In this document: positions 56,278 through 64,000 of the stretch, piece after piece
How positions within the stretch are numbered: position 1 is the first letter of the stretch
How the letters are laid out: each line of letters begins with the position of its first letter
Origin: Candidatus Shapirobacteria bacterium
GTDB lineage: Bacteria; Patescibacteriota; Microgenomatia; UBA12405
Assembly (NCBI GenBank): GCA_041659325.1
Contig: JBAZYN010000001.1
Location: 131,428-195,427, forward strand
Reading direction: 5' to 3'
DNA: 64,000 nt
The notes under the pieces: generated by a model
The model's input: the letters and a program-made list of their open reading frames with translations, nothing else
Told to the model about the DNA's origin: nothing
Database searches by the model: none
Made by a program: the position numbers and the translations under genes

Positions 56278-56556
56278 TCATTTAATCTGCCAATATTTTA
56301 TTTGTCCAGGATACAAGCAAATCGTAAACAAAACAGTCGCAATTAGCCCGGAAAAATCAGTCAAAAAATATCCAAAATCCACAAGGTTTTTGTTGTTGCT
56401 TATTCTTAGACCAATACCGGTAATAAAAATTAGAGGAATTACCAAAAATATTATTAACCTATTTTTCTTTATTTTAAAGTCAGATATCCAGTTTAAAAAA
56501 TATTTAATAAATATAAATAATACCAACAGTTGCGCTAATAAAAAGATTATTATCAT
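56278..56556 (-). CDS. hypothetical small membrane protein
   Basis: 92 aa with 2-3 TM helices in an AT-rich region. The overlapping plus-strand ORF looks spurious. Confidence 0.3.
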   Translation of the reverse strand: MIIIFLLAQLLVLFIFIKYFLNWISDFKIKKNRLIIFLVIPLIFITGIGLRISNNKNLVDFGYFLTDFSGLIATVLFTICLYPGQIKYWQIK

Positions 56557-56636
56557 ATGTTTTCGATTATGGCATTTAAAAAAAAGTTATACTTTAATAT
56601 TAATATTTCCACTTTAGCTATTATGTGTTACCACTT

Positions 56637-56676
56637 AGAGCTTACAGATTACTGATTACAGATTACAAATTACAAA
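56637..56676. repeat. GATTAC(T/A)-type tandem repeat
   Basis: AGCTTACAGATTACTGATTACAGATTACAAATTACAAAAC. Confidence 0.45.
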
Positions 56677-56715
56677 ACAATAATCCGTATCTAATTTATT
56701 TGTTATACTTTCCCT

Positions 56716-57924
56716 ATGACGAAAAATCTCCAAACCGCTGTTATTGTTATTCCCACCTACAACGAAGCCGAAAATATCGGTCGAATGATCGAAACTTTAT
56801 CCGAAAAAACTTTTGTTGATATCAAAAACAAGAAGAATGGTTTATCCGAAAAGTGGTCCATGAAGATTTTGGTGGTAGACGCTAATTCACCGGATGGCAC
56901 TGGTAAAGTCGTAGAAAAGTTAACGAAAAAATACCCGGACGTTCACCTTTATACCGAAACCAGTAAAGATGGTATTGGCGCCGCCTACCTTAAAGGTTTT
57001 AAGTATGCCATGGAGAAGTTAAACGCCGATTTTGTATTTGAATTCGATGGGGACTTCCAACACCCGGTGGAAACTATTCCTGTTATGTTAAAAGCTATGG
57101 AAGAAGGCTACGATTATGTGATCGGCTCAAGAAAAATAGAAGGCGGATCCAATCCAAAAGGCTGGGGATTCAAACGAGTTTTTTTTAGCGAATTTGGCGG
57201 TTTTACCGCCCGCTTTATAATGTTTTTCCCTTTTAATAATTTTTGGCGGGTAACTGATCCTACCACCGGGTTAAAAGTAACCCGGGTCAGGGGTTTTATT
57301 GACAAAATGGACATGGACTATGGCCATCTTTTAACCAAGAGTTTTGGCTACAAGCTCCAACTTCTGTTTGAAACTCTAAAAATGGGAGCCAAGTTCAAAG
57401 AAATTCCCCTCCAATTTCATGTCCGTAATGCCGGTGAATCAAAGATAGAGTCCAAAACTGCCAAGGACAGTCTACGTGTTGCCATTTTATTGCGTTGGCG
57501 CGATGAGTTTACTCAGAAATTTGTCAAGTTTGGTTTGGTGGGGGGGTTTGGTTTTATTATAAATATCGTTGGTGCCAGACTCTTTAAGTCTGCCCTGCTT
57601 CGCCCCGGTTCCAATATTAGTTTTATAAATGGCTTAAGTAACGCCCTTGCCGCAGAAATTTCCATAATTTCCAACTTTACCTGGAATAATATGTGGACAT
57701 TTTCAAATGAAAAAATTACCAATATCAACCAATTAATATCAAAATTTATCACCTTCAATCTGTCGTCCGTCCTGACTGGAATTATTATCCCCTCCGTTAT
57801 CATTGCCATGCTAACCACGTTTTTTGGTGACAGGTTATTCCTATATCAGGTCATCGCCATCTTTGGTTTGACCATCCCGCTCAACTGGCTGGTATACAAC
57901 AAATTCATTTGGAAGAAAAAGTAA
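56716..57924 (+). CDS. GT2 polyprenol-phosphate glycosyltransferase fused to C-terminal GtrA-like membrane domain
   Basis: VIVIPTYNEAENI...VVDANSPDGT...FEFDGDFQHP (DPM1/GtrB-like). The C-terminus has 4 TM (FVKFGLVGGFGFIIN), typical of GtrA. Confidence 0.8.
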   Translation: MTKNLQTAVIVIPTYNEAENIGRMIETLSEKTFVDIKNKKNGLSEKWSMKILVVDANSPDGTGKVVEKLTKKYPDVHLYTETSKDGIGAAYLKGFKYAMEKLNADFVFEFDGDFQHPVETIPVMLKAMEEGYDYVIGSRKIEGGSNPKGWGFKRVFFSEFGGFTARFIMFFPFNNFWRVTDPTTGLKVTRVRGFIDKMDMDYGHLLTKSFGYKLQLLFETLKMGAKFKEIPLQFHVRNAGESKIESKTAKDSLRVAILLRWRDEFTQKFVKFGLVGGFGFIINIVGARLFKSALLRPGSNISFINGLSNALAAEISIISNFTWNNMWTFSNEKITNINQLISKFITFNLSSVLTGIIIPSVIIAMLTTFFGDRLFLYQVIAIFGLTIPLNWLVYNKFIWKKK

Positions 57925-57982
57925 TCATTTGTTGTAGTAAAATGTAATTTGTTATTGGTTAAATCATTTACAAACCACACAC

Positions 57983-58699
57983 ATGAAAGGAATTGTTCTT
58001 GCCGGTGGCAAAGCCACCCGCCTTCGCCCGCTCACTCTGATTACTTCAAAACAATTACTGCCTGTTTACGACAAGCCGATGATTTATTACCCGATAGAAA
58101 CTCTGGTAAAAGCCGGAATAAAAGATATTCTGATTATTATTGCCCCCGATTATTCAGGCCAATTTTTAAATTTATTGGGTAACGGAGACGAATTTGGGGC
58201 CAAGTTTAGCTATGCCGTTCAAAAAGAGCCCAAAGGTTTGCCCGACGCCTTTATCGTCGGCAAAGATTTTATCGATAATGATAATGTGGCCATGATTTTA
58301 GGCGACAATATTTTCGATCAGGATTTCTCTAAAGACATTCAGGAGTTTAAAGATGGGGGATTAGTATTTGCAAAAAAAGTTCCCGACCCGGAGCGTTATG
58401 GTGTTGTTGAATTTGACCAAAACATGAAAGCGCTTTCTTTTGAAGAAAAACCAGCAATTCCTAAAAGTAATTATGCTTCAGTCGGGCTTTATGTTTATGA
58501 TAAAACTGTGGTTCAAATTGCTGAAAATTTAAAACCGTCAACTCGAGGTGAATTGGAAATGGTAGATATCCACAACACCTATCTCCGTCAGGGCAGCCTT
58601 AAGGTGAAAGTTCTTGATGGTCTTTGGGAAGATGCCGGCACTTTTGATAGTTTACTTCGTGTAAGTAATATCATGGCCGAAAAAGCCAAACAGTTGTAA
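57983..58699 (+). CDS. sugar-1-phosphate nucleotidylyltransferase (RmlA/glucose-1-phosphate thymidylyltransferase-like, short form)
   Basis: MKGIVLAGGKATRLRPLT...KQLLPVYDKPMIYYPIETL matches the RmlA N-terminus. 238 aa. Confidence 0.8.
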   Translation: MKGIVLAGGKATRLRPLTLITSKQLLPVYDKPMIYYPIETLVKAGIKDILIIIAPDYSGQFLNLLGNGDEFGAKFSYAVQKEPKGLPDAFIVGKDFIDNDNVAMILGDNIFDQDFSKDIQEFKDGGLVFAKKVPDPERYGVVEFDQNMKALSFEEKPAIPKSNYASVGLYVYDKTVVQIAENLKPSTRGELEMVDIHNTYLRQGSLKVKVLDGLWEDAGTFDSLLRVSNIMAEKAKQL

Positions 58700-58729
58700 C
58701 CCTCATCACTTAGTGATTTAATTAATCAA

Positions 58730-59203
58730 ATGACAGACTTAACAAAAAACAAATCCGACAATCAGATATCCATTGTAAAGTTAGAAGAATTTTTAGACCT
58801 CTATTTAGTCCAAAAAGCTCCGGCTTTACCGGACAACATCAAAGAGTTTATCGTCAAATACGGCCCTTATATCTCACTTGTAATGATGGTCTTAATGGCT
58901 CCGGCTCTTATCGGTCTAATCGGACTTAGCTCTGTCGCCATGCCCTTTGCTTATCTTGGCGGAGTCAGATCAGGTTTTAACTTTTCACTAAGCACTATTC
59001 TTATGATCGGGCAGTTGGCATTGCAGGTTATCGCTTTACCCGGTCTTTTCAAGAGGGCCAAATCTGCCTGGAGACTAATGTTTTATTCGGTATTAGTCAG
59101 TATTGTCTATTCACTTCTTGCCGGTAATCTCATAAATGGTCTTGTCAGTGCCCTAATCTCCTTTTACATCCTCTTTCAGGTCAAATCATACTACAAGAAC
59201 TAA
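58730..59203 (+). CDS. hypothetical membrane protein
   Basis: 157 aa with ~4 TM. Confidence 0.45.
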   Translation: MTDLTKNKSDNQISIVKLEEFLDLYLVQKAPALPDNIKEFIVKYGPYISLVMMVLMAPALIGLIGLSSVAMPFAYLGGVRSGFNFSLSTILMIGQLALQVIALPGLFKRAKSAWRLMFYSVLVSIVYSLLAGNLINGLVSALISFYILFQVKSYYKN

Positions 59204-60294
59204 AGAGTTTTAAGACTAATATCTGAAGTCGATCCGGCGCTCAACCAGTTATTCCCGTGGATAACTAATATCGCCTCGCCCTTTGTTAAGATCCCTTTAC
59301 CAACCAACTCGTCAAACACCGGATCCTCAATTCTAAACTCAGTATTTTCAAATTTTTTGTAATAGGGGAGAACCCCAAAAGACAAACTCAACAGCTGGAG
59401 AATCTCCTGATTATCCGTAATTGCCACTATTGGAGTTTTCAACCTATTGCTCGACAATTCTCTTACGGTGTTTCCTGACTGGCTAAAAACTACTACCGCC
59501 CTTATTGGTAATTCTTCGGATTTCTCTACGATCATCGAGGCCGCAGCAATCAGTATTTCGGTCGGACTTTTTGATAATTTAACTACTTTTTTCATTTCCA
59601 TTCTACCCTCGCAAAACATACAAATTTTCATCATCTGTTCCACTGATTGTACGGGGTATTTTCCAATCGCCGATTCCTCCGACAACATTATTGCATCAGT
59701 ACCGTCAAAAATTGCATTGGCTACATCGGTTGCCTCGGCTCTTGTTGGAGTAGGATTGTTAACCATCGACTGCAACATTTGAGTTGCCACAATAACCGGC
59801 TTATTCTTGGTCCGACACCAGTTAATAATTGTTTTTTGCCAAAAAGCCAATTGTTCAATCGGTACCTCAACTCCAAGGTCTCCCCGGGCAATCATTATTG
59901 CATCACTTATTTCAGCAATGTCCGATAGATTCTTAATCGCATCACCGTTTTCGATTTTGGCAATAATTTTTACCCCGATACCTTTTTCATCAAGAATTTT
60001 TCTTAACTCTTCAACTTCATATGCGTCCCTGATATATGACAATGCAATAAAATCAGCGTTGTAGATAATAGTCGCCATTTCGGGCTTTGGAATGTCAACA
60101 ATTATCCCGACAATTTTCCCAATTTGCCTGGATCTTTCCAATACCAGATTAATAGTTTTCTGATGCCATTCCGTTGTATTGTGTTTCAAATTAAATCTAA
60201 AAAGGTTGGCCCCGGCCAAAATTAATTTATCAATACCGTCTTGGTCTGCGGATGCCGGTCCGATAGTCGCGATAATTTTAGTTTTATTTACCAT
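59200..60294 (-). CDS. pyk: pyruvate kinase (short, no C-terminal allosteric domain)
   Basis: The start at the ATG at 60294 (MVNKTKIIATIGPAS) is preferred over the ORF-track start at 60354. MIARGDLGVE and TQMLQSM motifs are present. Confidence 0.85.
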   Translation of the reverse strand: MVNKTKIIATIGPASADQDGIDKLILAGANLFRFNLKHNTTEWHQKTINLVLERSRQIGKIVGIIVDIPKPEMATIIYNADFIALSYIRDAYEVEELRKILDEKGIGVKIIAKIENGDAIKNLSDIAEISDAIMIARGDLGVEVPIEQLAFWQKTIINWCRTKNKPVIVATQMLQSMVNNPTPTRAEATDVANAIFDGTDAIMLSEESAIGKYPVQSVEQMMKICMFCEGRMEMKKVVKLSKSPTEILIAAASMIVEKSEELPIRAVVVFSQSGNTVRELSSNRLKTPIVAITDNQEILQLLSLSFGVLPYYKKFENTEFRIEDPVFDELVGKGILTKGEAILVIHGNNWLSAGSTSDISLKTL

Positions 60295-60319
60295 ACTTAA
60301 TAATACTATATCAGTCGGT

Positions 60320-60754
60320 ATGCTATCATCAGATATGAAATCACTGCATGGCAAGGATGTCTACAGCTTTATGACTATCCTTTCTTCAGTTGTCCTTTTG
60401 CTATCCCTAGTATTAATTTGGCCCGATCTTTACAAAGCAAGACGTGTGTATGTATCTCAAACAGCGTCGGTTCCCTTGGTCGAAACCATAACTCTCTCGG
60501 GGACTGTGGTCCAGAATGTTCGCCCCGCTCCCGATATTAATTATGATTTTGCCCTTCAACTCGATGAGCCTTTTGTAAATGAACTTAGTGCTCAAGGATC
60601 GGATACCTTAGAGACCTCCTTGGTATTAATTGGCGCCACAGAGGATATCCAAAACCAAATAGCCTCAAATATCGATAGTCATGTTTCAGTCACCGCCACC
60701 CTCGAATGGGGTTATGCCGAATCACAATATCTAAAAGTTTTAGAGATTAAATAA
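60320..60754 (+). CDS. hypothetical exported/membrane-anchored protein
   Basis: The ORF-track start at 60179 overlaps pyk. The ATG at 60320 gives an N-terminal TM followed by a ~100-aa domain. Confidence 0.45.
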   Translation: MLSSDMKSLHGKDVYSFMTILSSVVLLLSLVLIWPDLYKARRVYVSQTASVPLVETITLSGTVVQNVRPAPDINYDFALQLDEPFVNELSAQGSDTLETSLVLIGATEDIQNQIASNIDSHVSVTATLEWGYAESQYLKVLEIK

Positions 60755-60760
60755 TCAATT

Positions 60761-61858
60761 GTGAAAATTCTCCTAACCGTTCCCGCTTATTTAGCTTATA
60801 GTTACGTTAACCAGGCCGAAGCCTTAGCCAGAGGTTTTACTTTTTTAAATATTCAAAATGAAGTTTTTAAAGCTAACAACTGCCCGGAATTATCTTCAAA
60901 ACTTCAAGAATATCAACCCGATTTTGTCATTGGTGTCGGCAACTGGACAGAATATGATTTATTTGTAAAAACGCCAAAATCACATGGATTTCCTTGTTTA
61001 CCATGGATAGTTCTTGATGAAAATCGTATCGATAAATTTATTAGCGAATATAATGATCTTGGTTTAATAACTACTCCAAGCCGTCATTGTCAAGATAAAC
61101 TCATAAAGAGTGGTATTAACAAAAACATCGTTAATGTCATCCCTGAAGCCGTTGACCCGGACCTTTGGTTCCCGATGGAGGAAAATGATTTACAACCATT
61201 TCTGGAATATTCCACTATTCCCATTGCCAATAGCTTACCTATAAACCAGTGGGACCTGGTAAAAATACACCAGGAAAAAATTCCGGTTATTTACACTGCC
61301 GGTGGCGATGCCACCAAAAAAGGTGCTCAGGAAGTTATCCAGGCCTTAGCACTTTTGGATCCGAAAATTCCTTGGGTATACATAATAAAAAGTTGGCCGG
61401 TTTCAATAGTTTTTAAAAGATCCATCGAAGAACTTGATCTTGCTGAAAAAGTTGGAATATTAAGTCGTATTAGGTATATTTCTGCCGAATATTCACAAAT
61501 TTACATGAGAGCCCTTATGAATATTTGTGATATATATGCCGCTCCTTCGCGTATCGAAGGCTTTGGCCTCCCTCATGTCGAAGCCCAAATGTGTGCTAAG
61601 CCCGTAATTTCTTTGGCTACTACGGCAACGGAGGAAACAGTTATCCACAACCAAACTGGTTTTCATGCTAAACGCGATTTTTCAGAAACCAATTTTGTAA
61701 AAGCCGATATTGATGACCTTTCAAACTGTCTTCATACCTTAATCACTGATAAAATTTTACGTCACAAAATGAGCGAAAACGCCATAAAACATGCTCACAC
61801 CAATTTCTCTCCACAAGTTATCGCCCAACAATTCTTAGACCTTATCAATAAAACCTAA
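60761..61858 (+). CDS. glycosyltransferase family 1 (GT4-like)
   Basis: C-terminal EGFGLPHVEAQMCAKPVI is the GT-B donor-binding motif. Confidence 0.7.
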   Translation: MKILLTVPAYLAYSYVNQAEALARGFTFLNIQNEVFKANNCPELSSKLQEYQPDFVIGVGNWTEYDLFVKTPKSHGFPCLPWIVLDENRIDKFISEYNDLGLITTPSRHCQDKLIKSGINKNIVNVIPEAVDPDLWFPMEENDLQPFLEYSTIPIANSLPINQWDLVKIHQEKIPVIYTAGGDATKKGAQEVIQALALLDPKIPWVYIIKSWPVSIVFKRSIEELDLAEKVGILSRIRYISAEYSQIYMRALMNICDIYAAPSRIEGFGLPHVEAQMCAKPVISLATTATEETVIHNQTGFHAKRDFSETNFVKADIDDLSNCLHTLITDKILRHKMSENAIKHAHTNFSPQVIAQQFLDLINKT

Positions 61859-62935
61859 ATTTTTTGCTGATAAATAAGTTGTCAAAAAAGAGAGGACAGA
61901 CTCCGCCCCTTGATTCAAGTTTACTCCTTCTTTCTCTAATCCGTCATAAACACCGCCACTTTCATTATCGACCAACGTTTTTCCTAATACATTATTTCCG
62001 TAAAACCAACCGTACGCGTCTTCTATTGCTTTAAGGTACTTGTTTTCCCTCGTAATCAGGTAAGCTTTTTCGCAGGCCTCAGCTATAGACCCAGCCTCTA
62101 TAGGTTGTTGTCCGAAGATTGATTTTTTACCATTCCTCTCAAACCATCCTTTGTAACCGGGGAAAGAAAAACACTTTAGATCTCTGTTATACATTTGCTT
62201 CAGCAAAAAATCTAGTGACTCTTTTGCAACATCAGCATATTTAATATCATCAAAAATTGAATATGCCCAAAACAAAGCTAGCGGTAAACGGCCATTATCA
62301 TAGGTAATTCTGTCCTCAAACCATTTCCACGAATTATTAGAAATATCACAATAAACAACAATCAATTGATCAGCTAACTTTTTCGCCATACCTTTATAGT
62401 CAAGTTTAACTACCGGTTCTATTTTTTTTTGAGAAGTCCGGACCTTACAATAGTTCTCTATCTTCAGCTCCAGTCTGGGGTCACACAAAGCCCGCGTCAG
62501 TAATCCATAGACCAACCAAGCTTTAACCCTGATCGTCTCTACATCTTTTATATATTTAATACACTGATCAAATATAAACATTCCTGTCAACTTATGATCC
62601 TCCCGTAGCCCAAACTTTCCCGCATCAGCCAAACCTGCCATCGCTCGACCAAAATTTTCTCCTAATTCTTCATTCTGCCAAACAAGTTCCCGACTTAAGT
62701 CATTCTTAATTCCTTTTTCACCTACTGCCGACACCAAGAACTTAAGATAGATATCAACCAACTTTTCTTCTCTTAATCTTATAGCTATTTGTAATGCTCT
62801 GGCATTATCATCTACGCAATATCCCTCCCTCAGATCTGGGGTTGCCATTATACAATGCTCCAATATTCCAACATTATCTGTCAGACGATATAGATGATCT
62901 AGATTTATACTTTTATTTTTATCAGTTTTTAACAC
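61835..62935 (-). CDS. hypothetical protein, possibly glycoside-hydrolase-like (alpha/alpha toroid)
   Basis: 366 aa, soluble and Trp/Tyr-rich. It sits in an operon context with two GT1 genes. No definitive motif. Confidence 0.4.
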   Translation of the reverse strand: MLKTDKNKSINLDHLYRLTDNVGILEHCIMATPDLREGYCVDDNARALQIAIRLREEKLVDIYLKFLVSAVGEKGIKNDLSRELVWQNEELGENFGRAMAGLADAGKFGLREDHKLTGMFIFDQCIKYIKDVETIRVKAWLVYGLLTRALCDPRLELKIENYCKVRTSQKKIEPVVKLDYKGMAKKLADQLIVVYCDISNNSWKWFEDRITYDNGRLPLALFWAYSIFDDIKYADVAKESLDFLLKQMYNRDLKCFSFPGYKGWFERNGKKSIFGQQPIEAGSIAEACEKAYLITRENKYLKAIEDAYGWFYGNNVLGKTLVDNESGGVYDGLEKEGVNLNQGAESVLSFLTTYLSAKNLGFIDKV

Positions 62936-63995
62936 TTTTCCCTTTTTTCATTTTTAAGACTTTCTGAAACAAATCTAAATGCTGTAAGGCTACGTTTGGC
63001 CACGTCATGTATCTTCCATAATCATAGGCCTTTTTTTGAGTCTTTTCTTTTAATTCAAAATCATCATTAAATCTTGTCACGGCTTTAGCAATTGCTTTTG
63101 AATTTCGGAATGGAACGATAACCCCTCTTTCATTGTCCAAGACTTCCTTTGCGTATAAATACGGGGTAGAAATACATAGTTTACCGGCCCCTATCGCATA
63201 TGCTAATGCCCCTGACGACACTTGGCCTGGATCCAGATACGGGGTAACATAAAAATCCATCAATTTTAACCACTCAATCAATTCCTCTAAAGTCACATAT
63301 CTGTTGATAAATTTTACATTTTTCGTAATTTTCAATTCTTTTACCAATTTAGTTAATTTATTTCTATAGACCTCACCACCACTCCACTCGATCTCTCCCG
63401 GATGTGTTTGTCCTACAACAAGAAGCAAAATATTAGGTATTTTTTTGACAATCTCAGCTGTAGCCTCAATCGAATATTCAATTCCTCGACTTGGAGAAAT
63501 CAAGTTAATATTTCCAAACAACACTCGTTTTTTAAAATTTTTCTTATATCTGCTGACTGCGCCATAAGCGAGATCAGGAGTTCCGTGTGGTATTATTGCT
63601 ATCTTATTCCTGGGAACCAGATATTTTTCCATAAGTTTATCGGCCACCTGATGCATCATAACTACCAATGCATCAGCTCTGGCAAGTACCCTTTTTAAAA
63701 TGATTCCTCCTTCACAATTCTGATCATCAGGTACCGTATGACACGTTACAACCAAGGGTTTGGTAATTTTCTCCACAAAGGGAACAATATACTCTCCCCC
63801 TTGTCCACCAAAGATACCAAATTCATGTTCCAACATTACTAAATCGGCTCCAGACTGATTAATGTAAGTCGCTGCCTCCAGGTAAGAATTTAAATCATTC
63901 CAATTTATTTTATATTTAACCTCCCACGGGTAATCCAAATTATCGTCCTGCCTATTTAATGCCATTATTTCTGCTAAATCAAATGGATTCAACAT
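62922..63995 (-). CDS. glycosyltransferase family 1 (GT4-like)
   Basis: 357 aa with GT-B fold motifs (GQTHPGEIEW..., EPFGI-like). The start is at the window end. Confidence 0.75.
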   Translation of the reverse strand: MLNPFDLAEIMALNRQDDNLDYPWEVKYKINWNDLNSYLEAATYINQSGADLVMLEHEFGIFGGQGGEYIVPFVEKITKPLVVTCHTVPDDQNCEGGIILKRVLARADALVVMMHQVADKLMEKYLVPRNKIAIIPHGTPDLAYGAVSRYKKNFKKRVLFGNINLISPSRGIEYSIEATAEIVKKIPNILLLVVGQTHPGEIEWSGGEVYRNKLTKLVKELKITKNVKFINRYVTLEELIEWLKLMDFYVTPYLDPGQVSSGALAYAIGAGKLCISTPYLYAKEVLDNERGVIVPFRNSKAIAKAVTRFNDDFELKEKTQKKAYDYGRYMTWPNVALQHLDLFQKVLKMKKGKSVKN

Positions 63996-64000
63996 ATTAA

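Noticed and set aside
56231-56617. 128-aa plus-strand ORF
   Set aside because: It is an AT-rich low-complexity translation (poly-I/L/K) overlapping a more protein-like minus-strand membrane ORF. It is likely spurious.
1-64000. CRISPR arrays, transposases, integrases, prophage genes
   Set aside because: None detected. The tandem repeats present are short (9-13-nt units) with no spacer structure and no cas genes.

Overview
The window is a housekeeping-dense stretch of a low-GC, compact bacterial genome that looks like Candidate Phyla Radiation / Patescibacteria. Supporting signs: no rpmD (L30) between rpsE and rplO, no map between adk and infA, S14 type Z, tiny intergenic gaps, many small ORFans and LTD/VanZ/CAP surface proteins.

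Main content, in order:
- Roughly 1.3-19.8 kb holds fusA, an ORFan, tuf, and the S10-spc-alpha ribosomal protein superoperon (rpsJ through rpsI, including secY, adk, infA, rpoA and an rpmJ gene the ORF track missed).
- Downstream are uppP, a class I HMG-CoA reductase, and a GIY-YIG nuclease ORF sitting exactly between 23-bp direct repeats of the 3' end of tRNA-Pro(GGG).
- Then recA-recX, rny, HU, a membrane-anchored double-AAA+ Clp-like ATPase followed by a 649-aa ORFan with an HExxH motif, ychF, miaA, and an AI-2E family transporter.
- A compact RNase P RNA (about 285 nt, minus strand, hidden under a spurious plus-strand ORF) is preceded by a 58-aa ORF with a strong SD.
- The remainder covers DUF4446/DUF3048 proteins, a wHTH + AbrB-like pair, secD/secF, a dUTPase-like gene, cca, an RRM protein, a RecJ-ASCH fusion, aspS, YbaK, a D,D-carboxypeptidase, gltX, an LTD/VanZ/CAP envelope cluster, trmD, and a glycosylation cluster (GT2-GtrA, RmlA-like, two GT1, pyk).

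Several short dispersed repeat families are present. The GC-rich hairpin repeats and the GACTTTTAGACTTTTAAA mini-repeat each occur in-frame inside coding sequence (hairpin in miaA; mini-repeat in miaA and trmD). No CRISPR array, transposase or integrase was seen.
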